Positions 29,717 through 43,038 of a DNA stretch of 64,000 bases are shown one piece after another. Within the stretch, counting starts at the first letter, position 1. The number at the start of each line of letters is the position of its first letter. Origin of the DNA: the human T2T-CHM13v2.0 reference genome, Homo sapiens. The DNA lies in the NCBI RefSeq assembly GCF_009914755.1, contig NC_060933.1. One strand, given 5' to 3'. The notes below the pieces were generated by a model. That model was given only the letters and a program-made list of their open reading frames with translations, did not search any database and had not been told where the DNA came from. The translations under genes were made by a program, and so were the position numbers.

Positions 29717-29934
29717 AAAACTTATCTATTTTACAGGCAAAGAAGAGAGTTGTATGAAGGTCAACTGATCCACTCGACCCAGGGTCGCAGGGAAGATACT
29801 GCACCTAGTTAATGGCGGATCCTCATCAGTGAATATACCAAATAACCATGGAAGGTGTTAGAGACTGTATTATTGGGCATTCTGGCAGAGCAATGGTATA
29901 TGATGCTTCTCTTCCTTTAGGCTTGTCACTCTAG

Positions 29935-30235
29935 CCTGGGATTTGGCAAACTATGGCACATGGGATATAGCTTCTTTTAATATGTCCTACAATTTAGAAC
30001 TTATTTTTACACTTTTAAGTGGTCAAAATAATCCAAGGAAGAGTAATATTTTGTGACATGCAAAAACTATATGAAATTCAAATTTCAGTGTTCCATAAAT
30101 TAACTGATTGTCTCCAGCTGCTTTTGTGTTACCAAGCAGATCAGAGTAGTTGTGACAGAGATTGTATGGCCCGTAAAGCCTAAAGGATTTATTATTTGGT
30201 GCTTTATAAAAAAATATTCACAGACCTTTGCTCTA
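29935..30235. mobile_element. MER58B-like hAT-Charlie MITE
   Basis: ttggcaaactatggc start; aatattttgtgacatg..aaattcaaatttcagtgt; tatggcccgtaaagcctaaa end. Confidence 0.8.
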
Positions 30236-30249
30236 GGTCAATGGGTTTC

Positions 30250-30416
30250 CAACCTTCCTTCCTTCTTTCTAACTCCTTCCTCCTCCTCCTCATCCTGTTT
30301 TTCTTCTTCTTCTTCCTCTCTTTTTTCTCTCCCCTCCATTCCTACCTACCTCCTTTCTTTTCCCCTTTCTTTCCTTTCTTCCTTTCTCTCTCTCTCCTCC
30401 CTCTCTTCTTTCTTTT
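30250..30416. repeat. CT-rich low-complexity tract abutting the acceptor of gene B exon 30419
   Basis: Direct reading. Confidence 0.85.
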
Positions 30417-31628
30417 AGCAGTTGACCTTTCAATCAAAATAATCTTTAATACAGACCTGGTGCTCCCCTTTAAGACCCTCCTGTCACACACTGCTCCCCA
30501 AAGTGAAGCTAGAAGCTTTTTCTAGAGTCTACCTTCACAATGATGAAGCCAAGGGGTCAGGATTAGAGTTTCCCTTACTCTTAACCCATACTAAATAGGT
30601 GAGTAAGAATGGGTAGCGGCTGGCACCATCTTCCTACTTAGTGAAGAACAGTTTCTCGGTCAGGTGTCTCCTTCTCCATTGGATTCAGTCCATTGTGACA
30701 TAAGCATGTCTTATGAATCTTTCCACCCCCAGCTTCTGAAACTTGATAGGACTTTATAAATATTAACTTAATAAATGTAAATGGCTTAAAAGAATGAATG
30801 ACCCACCACCTAAGTCCAATCAACATCTAGCATAAAACATGAAACCTCCATATTTTCTACTTCTTCTCCCATTTCCTATCTATGATTGAAAAGGTGCCTT
30901 TATCCTTCTGCAGAGCTCCCTGAACTCATAAGAGATTCATTGAAAAGAGTAAACATACAGCATCCATTTCTAAAAGAAAAATACAGGTAAATACTTTTTC
31001 CACTGGTAGAAATAATATATCCGACCTGAAATTAATATTTATAATCATTAGTAAATGAACTCTTATTAATCAGCCTGGTAATTCCACAATGATTGAGAAA
31101 AAAAATTTAAAACAAGTCAACAATAATTCTGCTCTGGAGGGAAACTGGGGCCAGTTTCAAACCTACCCACTAATGAGTTTTTATTTATGTATTTATTTAT
31201 TTATGTATGTATTTATTTATTTTGCAGATGTAGTGGCTCGTCCAGCAATAACCAACCAAACAAGCCATGTTTCTGATTGTTGAATGTTATCAGGTTCTAT
31301 ATAAACAACAAAGTCCTTACATCATTCTCCATAATTCAGGAGAAAGTGTTAGAATGTAAAAAACATAAACCACATATAACCTTTGCTCTTGTATCCTCCT
31401 GTCTGCTAATGGTCTTTTTTCATATTTAGTATCAACCAAATCCAAAAGGCAAAAATGCAATTGGAGATGAGAGTCAGTCCTCCGCTCAGATTAGCCACAT
31501 TTCTCATGGATTAGCAGATCTGTGAGATACAAAATGAACAAGAATTGATCCTATCCTTTGTGATGATGGCTTTGCTGCTGCAGCAAAGAAGATAAATGAC
31601 TTCAGACTATGATTAACCCAAAATGAAC

Positions 31629-32190
31629 TGTTTTAGTCGGTGCCCAGGCAAGCAAAGAAGCCCTGTTCAGATGAAAGTGTGAGGAGACAATTTACAGAAT
31701 GGGAAGGAACTATTTATGCAGCTGTATTAAAGGAGGCTCCAAGGGACATTGAGGCAGTCAGAGACTAGCAACAAGGAGAAGTTATTAACAGCCCTAGACA
31801 TGAAGAAGGAAGGGGAGGGAATAGTCTTAGAGGATTCTGATGAGATCTAGAGCCATGGAGAAGAACCACTTCACAGAAGCTGTAGTTGAGGGATCGAGGT
31901 ATTACCAGAACCACAGCATAAAGCAGGATGAGAGTGGTGGAAAAAAAACAACAAAACAAACAAACAAACAAACAAGCAAACAAAAACAGTCCTCTCTCCT
32001 CTCCTGCCAGGCAGAACTTCCCATTAACTGATTCCAACCAGAAGCCAGAGGTCAAGGGAACCTGGCTAATATAGCCAGTAGAGGTCACAGAGAGCATAGA
32101 AGTCTTCTCCCTCTCCCTGTCCCAGGCAAGTGTAATGCAGAGAAGACAGAGAATGGATGGAGGACAACCTGATTTAAAATGACCAACACA
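31629..32190 (-). mobile_element. LTR33-like ERVL LTR
   Basis: gactagcaac..gaag, cccatt...ccaaccagaagccagagg.caaggga motifs. Confidence 0.7.
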
Positions 32191-35149
32191 GGAGCCAAAA
32201 TAAGAAGCAGTTGTTTAGATTCTGCTATCCCTTTTACTCAACCACTCTATACCCTAACTCTCTTCTGCATGCTTTTAGACACTCCAAGTAAAAAAGAACA
32301 AAGTCATAAGCAGTTGGATTTGCTAAGCCCTTCTCCTGCACTAATGCATTAGTACAGGAAAATGATTATCCAGCCCTAAAAAACCTACTTGATTGAAATT
32401 TTCAAAATATCTCTTTTTCATTTTCTACCTTCACCTAGGGGGCCCAAGGAAGTATCTTGGGTAACAGAGTAATAATATTTTAAATTGTCTATAATTTGGC
32501 TGGCATTGAGAAATCTTAAATAATTGAATATCCTGTACCATAGAGGGCTTCCGTCTATTCTGAATTCTTTCTTTAATATGTTACTTTTTAATAGCCAAAC
32601 CCATAGGATGATGAGTTTACTTCCTGAGTAAGCCTCACAATTCTAGGAGATGAAACACTGTGCAAAGTAAAGTCCACAGCTGGACCTGCAAACAGAACCC
32701 ACAGGTTTGGGTCCTAGAGCCTTTGCTTTTAGTACTTTGGTGATCTTATGTAAGGCTCTTACCTCTCTGGCTTCAGTGTCATCATTTGTAAAATGATGGA
32801 GTTGAGTAGCATAAATTCTGGCTTTCCTTTTAGCTCTGACATTCTGTGACTCTATGTTTCTACTTATACTCAGGCAGCTGACAGTGTTGCATTGCAGAGA
32901 GAATATATTACAGACTTAATAGTGCCTGGTAAGGGACATAGAAGGAGAGCTCCAATACTGAGAAATCAATACCCACTAGCATAGAACAGAAGAGGGAAAG
33001 TGCAGAGGGCAGTCAATCAAGGGCTAATGCAAGGCAGACAATGTGGCCAAGGCCAGAGATGGAAAGAAAAATGAGGAATGTGGGTGGGAGGGATGGGGGT
33101 GATATCAGGATAAGGCTCCTTTTAAGAATAGCTGCTCATGGTAGGAAGAAATAATGTGTAAATCATGGTTTTATAGGTCTTAGTTTTTCTTGCTTGAAAT
33201 GTTACAGGTTTGTCTGTTACTGTTAGCTATTAACTAGAAGTTGGCATATTGTTCCCTAGTCCTTGGAAATATAGTTGCAATAGACAATATGGAAGTAAAA
33301 CAGGGTTGGGCCATCACATGGCTCACCCATGGCCAAGAATTCCGAAGCACATAGTGTAAACTTAGTTGTGTGGTTTGTTTGGATCTAGTTTCCCCTGTGT
33401 CTCCCTGCAGCAGCTATGGGGATTATTAATAGAAATTCTGTACTAGGGAATGCCTAGTGAGTTTAGTAGTAGGGAAACCACCCATGTGTGATGATCAAAA
33501 ATGTATATGTCAAGATGGTATTGCACAATATATTAGGAAGGAATTATTACTCTGCTTGGTCAAATAATTCATTCTGTCTCCTTTTGTGACCAGGTACTTT
33601 GAAAAATGTTTAATTCAATGATAAAGAGCCTGCCCAAGAGTTTAAAATACAATAAAAACAAGAACGTACATCAATTGTTGATCCCATCTGATGGCAGTCT
33701 GTCCTTGAGCATATAGCTAAAAGGATTTTCTCTGTATCAAGTGGCACAACTATGGTGGACATTCTGGAAACCAGGTAGGTGGCTGAGTTCCTCACTGTCA
33801 TATAGGAAGCAGTGAGGGCCTGGGGGCTGTGGGTTAACAGCTGACTTTGATAATACCTGTGACTACCTTCTTCTAGCCACTGTTCCTTTAATAAACCTCT
33901 GCACCAGACAGAAGATTGCTGTATATTCTGTTTCTTTACTGACATTGCAAATGAAGAACACTACTCATTAAGGAATTTAGTAATTCTTGAAAGAGGGAAG
34001 AAAAAGAAGCTGGTATTTTTTGTGACTGAAAGGAAAACCAGAGAGAGAACATTTCCCAGATCACAGAAATCACGACTAGAAAATGCAGAATTTAACCCTG
34101 AGTACTTGGTATTCTGCAGACCATCCCCTAGGATCAATGCAGATAACAATTATCAATGCAGATAACTTCAAGGCTCAACACTGCTGGAGCTTCCTCATGC
34201 TTCATCAAGAGCCATTCAAATTCCTTTGAAGATGAATAAGTAAACATTGCTTAATTCCAGCCCTTTTTCCTTAGTGGTTATTTTTCCTGCCTTTAAATTG
34301 GCTCACTGAGAACCCAGGTTAAAAACAGTACACCAAACTCATAATTCTCTCTATTATATGATGTATGCAATGTTGTTGATTTCGTTCTAAAATCTTTGCT
34401 CAGGGCAGAAAGCAGCTTTTTGGTAATTTCATCTTCTCCATGACTCAGGTTCATTACAGCACTGGCCTTAAACTTGAGCTTGTGTGGATTTGAACTTAGA
34501 ACTCTGGCTTTTCAATTCATTACCTTAGAAACAGATATTACTAAGAAAAGCCCACTGTAAGGTTTTGTTGCTTTGTTTCAGAGGCTAAGCATCAGGCATT
34601 ACCTGTCAGATTTTCAAACTAGAGATCCTAAATAATAAAACAATATCTATAACTGAATAAGTTTGGGGGAGTTTTGTTTAAAAAGAAATTTGAATAAATA
34701 TCCCTTCAGTTGGGAGCATAAGAGAAGTCTTCCAATAGTGACTATCTTGAGGGATCAGCTGTGTAGCTATATTCGAAGTATTTGTAAGCTGATAATGAAA
34801 GCCAGCCTTATTCATTTATATTCATATTTTACACATATTTCTCTGGTGTTTTGCTCTGAATTTATGGAAGACCTTTACATATTTTAGATAATCCTGACAC
34901 TATCCATATGAGATACATGGATAAAGATTAAGATGATGGGGAAGAGGCCTCTCTGATTGTAACTGTAGTCTAAATCTAAAGGAAGGCTTGAGAGAGAGAG
35001 AGAGAGAGACAAAAAAAAAAAGATTGACATTTTTCATATGTAAATTCTTTCTGGAATTATGCTATGTAAGTTTGTATCGCTTTCTCTACCACCTCCTCCA
35101 GTTGCTCACTAAAATATTTCAGTCTGTCGAAATTGTTTTTTTTTTTTTC

Positions 35150-36185
35150 TTTCCTGGCCCTGTCCAAAGACCTCTTCCTTCCTAAACCTTTTCTTGGTGC
35201 TTCTCTCCATAAACCCATGGAACTTGATTTTTACCTCTGTAACAACATCTACTGTATTCTATTTTGTACAATGCTTATTTGTGTCTTGTTTAACCTTGAC
35301 TACAGGTTGTAAGTTCCTTGGGGGTAGATCACATCTAATTGATCTGTTTCATCCATATAGCACTTAATGTAGGATCTGGTCCAGAGTCGAAGCTAAATAT
35401 CTATCTGTTAAATGAATCAAAGGAAAGTTTGAATTCCAAATTTGTTTCCCTGTAGGAAAATCTGCAAATAAAATCTTTTCTGAATCTTCCCTTCCCTTAC
35501 CCAATCAATTCTAAATGTTCAGTCTTCCTTCCTAATGTTTCTTGAATCTATCATTTCTTCTTCTCTGCCATTGCCCCAGCTTAAGTTCTCAGTTTGGTTC
35601 TCCTGGGGTAGCTTTCTACCTGGATTCTCTTCAGACTTCACTCTGCCTTTACTCCTTCCTTTTGACTCACTGCTTCAACTCTTCTTCACCTACAGTTTTC
35701 TGTGTAAAATAAATAAAAAACAACCAAAGACACCCAAAGTCAATGTCCAGTGTTCTTCATTGCCTGCTAAATTATAAACTCTTCCAACACAGGAAAGCTT
35801 ATTTCCCTGTACTGGCTGACATAAAAACGCATATGCTTGTCTAACTGGACTTTTTGTTGGTTCTGGAAGGTACCTAATCCTTCTGCTATGTCCCTTTTCT
35901 CATGCAATTCTCGAATGGCCACACCTGTAAACTGCTATCTGCAACTATTGTAATCTCACTTGTCTTTCTAACCTAGTCCAAGGACACAATCTTTCACTAA
36001 GTCTTTATTTTTGTCCCATTCCCTAAATGGCATGATCTCTCCTTTGTTGAGAATTCCTCTGTCTCTCCGTCATTTGAATTCTTTCTAAATCAGGAATCAT
36101 GTCAGATTCATCTCCGTATAACCTACAGCACCTGTCAGAATGCCTTGCACATGATAGGTTTCAATAAATATTTGATTGAATTAAG
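35150..36185 (+). mobile_element. L2 fragments
   Basis: tgtaagttccttggggg...; tgccttgcacatgataggtttcaataaatatttgattgaat 3' end. Confidence 0.6.
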
Positions 36186-37103
36186 TCTCCTAAAATTTAT
36201 TCATATTTATCCATAGAATAGAAAAGACCATTTGGTATTTCTCTAATTCTCGATATCATCTTGCAATTCCATTTTATTTCTCACTCTCAGAATGTAAATG
36301 TCACTTTACAATTCCCCAAAGGAACCTAGCTTCTTTCTTTTTTTGTGCCTTTGCTCTATATCTGCATCTCTTTTCTCTGCCATTTTAATTCTTTCTTTCA
36401 CTTCTCTTCCACTATTTCCCTTCCTTCAGCCTTGTCCAAAACTCTGAGCAAACTAGTACATCAATCTAGAACATCTGACATCAGCTCACATGATCGCAAA
36501 AATTTCTTTTAGTTCCATTAAAAGTCAACAGTTTAACAAGTCAACAGTTTAACAAGTTTCACAACTTGAGAATCTGTTATGAGAAACTTAACACTTGTCT
36601 TCTGGTTAAGCTTTCTTATTTTTAACTCTGGTGTTATTTTAAAGCTGTACAGAGGTCTTTGGGGCACTAGGAAAGAAGAGTGCAGTAATTCATTAGCCAA
36701 GGAAGCTTCCATCCTGGCGTGAGGGGGTCAGTGTGGTCAAGGGAAGTGTTGTTGAGATAAAGATGCATTTATAGCTACATAGCAAAATTGCAGACTGGGA
36801 AAATCCATTGTCTGGATGCTCCAAGGGAGGAATGCTGCCATGTCTCCTTCTTGTTTCCATCATGTATTTGGGGAATATTTTATATTTTTGTCATATTGTA
36901 TAATAACAATGTTGCCAGTTCCCAAGTTACCATAAGGGATTATATATCAGTGCAATGTCCCAGGAATATGAATTAAGTGAGACCTAATTTTGAAAGAACT
37001 GTGTATTGCAAAATTTAACTTTGGCTTACTCTTCAGATCTAAAAGATGACAGAGGAATAAGGAAAGTTTATGCAGGGGACAGATGGAATGAAAAGTTAAT
37101 GCT

Positions 37104-37467
37104 TGCTAGGGTCTGAATGTTTTTGTCCGCTCAAAATTCATATGTTGAAATTCTAACCAAGGTGACGGTATGAGGAAGTGGGCATTTTAGGAGATGATTA
37201 GATCATGAAGGATGAGCCCTCATAAATGGGATTAAATGCCCTTATTTAAAAATACTTCAGAAAGCTAGCTTATCCCTTCTACCATGTGAGGACACAGTGA
37301 GAAGGTGCCACCTATGAACCAGAAAGTTGGCCCTCAGCAGACACTGAATCTGCTGGCTTCTTGATCATGGGCTTCCCGGCCTCTAGAACTGTGAGAAATA
37401 AATTTCTGTTATTTATAAGCTACTCAGTTATAATATTTTGCCACAGCAGCCTGAACAGAGTTGGACA
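37104..37467 (+). mobile_element. MLT1A0 MaLR solo LTR
   Basis: tctgaatgtt...aaaattcatatgttgaaat...cagacactgaatctgctggc...aaataaatttctgtt. Confidence 0.88.
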
Positions 37468-38914
37468 TTTCCAATCCCAAGTAAATTTTTTGAGGCACTT
37501 TCCAGATATAATTAGAAATGAATATGAAAATGAGAGAAGCAATGGTGATTTGAACCATATTTCTCCACAGAAAATATGTGGCAGCAGCTAGGGTAAAAAA
37601 TAAAAATAAAAACAAAACAAAAACCCAAATCCCGTTCATGTAAAATAGTTACCATGTGATGAAAATAAATAATAAGATAAAAATAGAACATATTTTCATT
37701 GATGTCAATCATTGTTGTGTATCAGTCATAAATATTACATTACATAATAAAATGTATGTTTATTTTATGTAACTGTTATTAGTTGAATTAATCTGCTCTC
37801 AGGAATCCATTCTGAGTCATGCGTAGTTGTATTGGTAAATAAATCTCTTAACAATAATGTAGGTAACAAGAAATATCTCCTTTCTTCATACCTCTGTCTT
37901 ATTATTAAACCGTGGGGATATACAGTTAGTATACAGGACAATGACACAGCCAGGGGACAGGAAACTGGATTTTCTTTGATATATAATCATGTTCCCAGTG
38001 CTTCAGTTGTTCTGCTAAAGAAACTTTATTTCTTCCACAAAGCATATCATAATATATATTTGTTTCATAAATCCTCTCACCATCGTTACAAAGCAAATAG
38101 GAAACACATATTTTTATTTCTTATATTTGAATATATAGGCTAACCTACTAGAGGTGGAGAGCCATTTGCAATGTCAAACAGACCTGGCTTTGAGGCTTCC
38201 ATTTTCACTGATTAGCCAAGTAACATTGGGCAAGCTCAAATTTCTTCATTCTGGACGTTTAGTACCTATCTATCTCAGAGGTTATTCTGAGGAATTAATG
38301 AGGATATAGATCTAACACACATACACAAACACAAATGCACACACACACACACATAAGCATCCATTGCACATGCACACTTTCAGGAATAGCTGGCACATTG
38401 TAAGTATTCATTAAATGTGGATGGTAGTTTTATTATAACAAAAGCACCTACTTTTTCTTAGTGTTTTCAATGATACAATTGCAGTGTTCAATACCTCCTC
38501 CTAGATGCCTGCAGTCAAGTACTGGGATCCAACACCTGCTGGCCTGCCATGGATACTGGACAATGATCTATCTTTCGCCTTTCATGAACTCTGCATGTGC
38601 TTGTACTGTAGTCAAGATGTTGTTGTCAAGAAAGCTATGAACATCCCTGTTCTTGTCATTATATTTAAACAAAGCATTTGGCTGTCAGGCCATTTTCTTT
38701 ACATTTTGTTTAGAAGTGAAAAAAACCCAAAATACTTAGCAATGCCTGGCATGTAATGAGCTCTCACAAAACATCAGCATCAACACTCTTGATGGCCTGA
38801 GCTTTAATTGGTAAGGCTCACCCTGAGAAAAGGGAAGATGGATAAATGGGCAGGCTTTATTTTTTTAATATTTTATAACTATCATTCACACAACTATTAC
38901 ACCATTGCCATGTT

Positions 38915-39330
38915 TTTAGCCTTTTTTCTTGAAATAATTTAAAATTTTCAGAAGAGTTGCAAGAAGAGTACAAAACATATTCCAATACAGCCTTGACCAA
39001 TTGGCAACATTTCACCTCTGTCTGTCCCTCGCATTCTCTCTCTGCTTCTCTTCCTATGTCTTGCTCTCTCCCTCTCCTCTTCTCTTTCTTTACATAGACA
39101 ATTTTTTTACACCACACTCCTTTACCCAAAATGCTTTGCCATGATGTTTTTCTTGAGTACAAATACATTCTCAGCACAATTATCAAATCCTGGATCAACA
39201 TAATACTATTTTCTCTATACTGTCCATGTTAAAATTCACCAATTATTTCTAAATATATCTTTATAGTGTTTATCTTCCCTCATCCAGGATCCAAGCTAGG
39301 CTGTGTGTCGCATTTAGTTTTCTCCCTCAT
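38915..39330 (-). mobile_element. L1MC 3' end fragment
   Basis: ttgaaataatttaaaattttcagaagagttgcaa signature. Confidence 0.65.
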
Positions 39331-39546
39331 TTACCCCATCTAGGGTTTATATCCTTCTTCTGAGAGCTTTGTGATTGCATAGTGCAAAATTCTCTAATGA
39401 AAACTTTTTTCCCAGTAAAAAGCAAAATATTTTTGAGATATAATAGATTCTTTACAAGTAATATTAATTTTATTATGCCAAAAATAAATTAAAAAAAAAA
39501 CAGAGGGACTTTATTCTCACCTTTCTAATGACTTTCACAAACGCTA

Positions 39547-39877
<331 letters not shown>

Positions 39878-39984
39878 TTAATCCTATATTGACTTGACCT
39901 GTTTTCCAGAATGGTTTGAATATAAATTGAGTCTCTGCTAAGTGCCAGTGTGAGATCTGGATTTGGCCCTGAAATGGTTTAAAA

Positions 39985-40265
39985 AAGAAAAGTCTAGGTA
40001 GAACAACATATTGTATGATTTCATTTGTATAAAGTGTCTAGAAACTGCAAATCTATGGAGACAAAAAGCAGATTAGAGTTTGGTGATGGGTAGTGGAAAC
40101 TGGTATTGATTGCAATCAGGCATGGGGGATCTTTTTGGAGTGATAAAAATGTTTAAAAACTGGACTGTGGTAAGAGTTGTGTAATTCTGTAAATTTACTA
40201 AAAATCATTGGATTGTATGCTTAAAACAGGTAATTTTTTCTATATAAATTATACTTAAAAAAAAG
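39985..40265 (+). mobile_element. L1ME/MB 3' end
   Basis: acatattgtatgatt...gcaaatctatggagacaaaaagcagattag...tataaattatac. Confidence 0.75.
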
Positions 40266-41199
40266 CCATGGAAAGAAGGAAGGAAAGAGGGAGGGAGGGA
40301 GGGAGGAAGGGAGGAAGGAAAGCCCAGAAAATATATCTGGCCAGAGAAGTCTTATCCATAAAGTAATTTAGGCAAATTCAAGTAAAGGCCACAGAAGACA
40401 TGAGTTTCCTGTGACTGCTTTCTTACCTGTGATCTATTCTGAGCTGCCCATATATGAGGGAAAGGGCAAAGCTTAGGAGTTATCTAAACTCTGTTGGTAC
40501 CTAGAAAACCTTTCTTCACTGCCACATAGAAGAGTGATTTTGTACTATTTGTTTTCCTATATAAAACTCCTACCCTGAATTCATACCAGGAGCACAGGCT
40601 CATGAAATCATGATAAAAATGAAAGAAAAGTTGTCCCCACAACTATCTTGAAAGCTCCAAAGGAAAAAAGAGCCAATGAAAGTTGCTAAACTTGTCTTCT
40701 TGACAGGTGTCTGTTTGTATGAAAATGGTTGGAAGAAACAGATCAGCACCCACATCAGCGTAATGTCTTCATGGTCTTATGCTGCAATAAAGGGAATGAT
40801 GCATGCTTCACTGCAGAAAAACTATAACTGCTGAGAAGTTCTTATAAACCAATGATCTCAAAATTATTTTGGTAATTTTTTTCTTCCAAATAAAATTAGA
40901 TAAACTCTACATCCCTTCACTGCGCTCAATACCCACCTTCTGTAAAAAGCATGAAGAAAACTTCAATGGACCAACAAGGCTGTAACACTGGGGGAAATGA
41001 TTGATTTCACTTAAACACCACCACCAACAAAAAATGTTTAAAAACAGTTTCACGGCGCAACTTTCTCCTTGCTTTTTTTTCTTATAGTTGGAATGTATTT
41101 TATCGTCTGTCAGTTTTGCCCCTATGATATGTCCTCTTAAATTGGATCTGTAAGCCCTTCATAAAGTTTAATAAATCTTCAGCATTTCACCCTAAGGAA

Positions 41200-41800
41200 A
41201 TTATATTAAAAACCTTCAAATGTGAAGTTGGGCCCACAGACACACAGTGCTGGGAATTTTATCACCATAATCAGCGTGTAATGAAAGCCTCTGTCGCTGT
41301 TCCTTCCCAATCATAATCTGCCTGTCTTTATGAAAAAAGGGGGGTTTGTCTGGGTTCATCTGCAAGCTTTAATTGGAAGATGTCTTCATTTCATTCCAGC
41401 CTACTGGGATAATAACTCAGCCCCGTGTTTAAACACAGGCCCTTGCCGCTGATATTTTTTCATTTAGTAAAGCATGTCTCTTTAAATGATTTAGCAAATC
41501 ATCATGAATGCCAAGCCAGGGTGATTGGCAGCTCATTGCTGGTGCACCATTTGCATGACATTTGTTCTTCAGCTAAGAAAGCTGCTGCAGGTAAACAAGC
41601 AGGCCCTGTACTGACTCCCTTTGAGTCTCTTCCTGTTTATTTTCTCATAATCAAATGACATTTATGGAGCCGCAAATGCAGCTGCACATATATGAGGGAA
41701 ATGCAATCAGGCTAACATGATGACTTCATTCAGGTGATATTCTGATTAGTGAAAGGACATTTTTATGACATAGGGGGCTTTTTGATTGAGAAATCTGGCA
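41200..41800. promoter_or_regulatory. Candidate conserved developmental enhancer
   Basis: Repeat-free block dense in PBX/MEIS, HOX, POU and FOX motifs (see findings). Confidence 0.5.
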
Positions 41801-42723
41801 CATTCCCTTTTATATAACTAATACTTTATATTTTACCTGTATTTAAATGTAAAGTCTGGACTCAAATAATTGGTTGATTAGCTGTTCACTTATGAGGGTT
41901 TCATTAAAACCCAGGAAAGCATCAAGCAGGAGGTACAAGACAAACTTCTTTGTCCCATTCAGAAGATAGTAGCTTTTTCCCCCTTCAAAGGCAAAAAAAA
42001 AAAAAAGAAAATAATATGATTTAAAGCTATTTTATAAGATCAGTGAATGTAGCTTTTTCTAAAGGAGATTTCAGAGAGGAATTTATAGTTAAACCTTGTA
42101 TACCTACTTTCTAGGTCATTATTCTACCAAGGAACATGGGCAATAAAAAATTGAAGTTTTTTTATTTTTAAAACTTTTAATAGTAACATCAAATACCTTT
42201 AACAGTTAATGTGGTTGAGGAGAATGACTAAAAGCAACCTCTATCTTAGCAGGCTGGCTAGAAATGTACGCATCCGTGGGGTTTACAGAGAGAAGTATTC
42301 CTTCAGATCTGAAACATTTCCCTTGCACTATGGGCAGATATAATCTTTCAAAACTTCCTCAGCTTATCCTCCCTGAGGCTAAGCAAGGGTGGGCTATCAT
42401 TTCAGCCCTGCGATAATGATACATTTTCACAATCAGCTGTCAAGTCCTTTATAAGGAGCACCTCAGACAACCTGCGACCACTCAGTTCTTTATGACCTAA
42501 AACAATCACTCTAGGAAAAATTCTGTCTTTTTTATCACTTCAATATGAGAAAAGAATGGAGAAATAGGCTTATTTTAAGGACAAGAAAGTAGTTCTAAGC
42601 AACTCAAATTTTATCCTACTATTTTATTTTTTTGCCATTATGATTTTGAGTTTCTATTCCGGATAAGTTCCCCACCACCCCACCCAACCCTGTGATTTCT
42701 TTCTCTTTAGCTCTATGAATCTT

Positions 42724-43038
42724 TTTTACACTTTTATATTATGGTTTTTAGAAACTGGGTCTCTCTCTGTCACCCAGGCTAGAGTACAGTGGTGTGATCA
42801 CAGCTCACTGTAATCTCAAACTCCTGGGCTCAAGCAATCCTCCTGCCTCAGCCTCCCAAGTAGCTAGGACTGCAGGCGCACACCACCATGCCTAGAATTT
42901 TTTTTTTTTTTTATTTTTTGTAGAGACAGGGTCTCGCCATATTGCCCAAGCTGGTCTCAAACTCCTGGCCTCAAATGATTCACCTGCCTTGGCTTCCCAA
43001 AGCACTGTGATTACAGATGTGAGCCACCATGCCCAGTC
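42724..43038 (-). mobile_element. AluJ
   Basis: J diagnostics; TSD CTATGAATCTT at 42713-42723 and 43039-43049. Confidence 0.93.

Larger units (their letters stand above)
26866..31276 (+). pseudogene. Fossil multi-exon gene B with two PLAT/LH2-like repeats and a long linker
   Basis: Plus-strand exons: 26866-26993 (ATG 26870; CAG|gtaaga), 27531 to 27723 or 27736, 27843-28223, 28327-29080, 30419-30598 (180 bp; TAG|gtgagt), 30914-30986 (stop-free ELPELIRDSLKRVNIQHPFLKEKYR), 31228 onward. Internal repeat HLIKIMVQ...EKY vs SLKRVNIQ...EKY; many stops and frameshifts. Confidence 0.65.

Noticed and set aside
36522-36557. 16-bp tandem duplication (also 18-bp at about 47570-47604 and 28-bp at 62659-62718)
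   Set aside because: Ordinary two-copy slippage duplications without spacers; not an array
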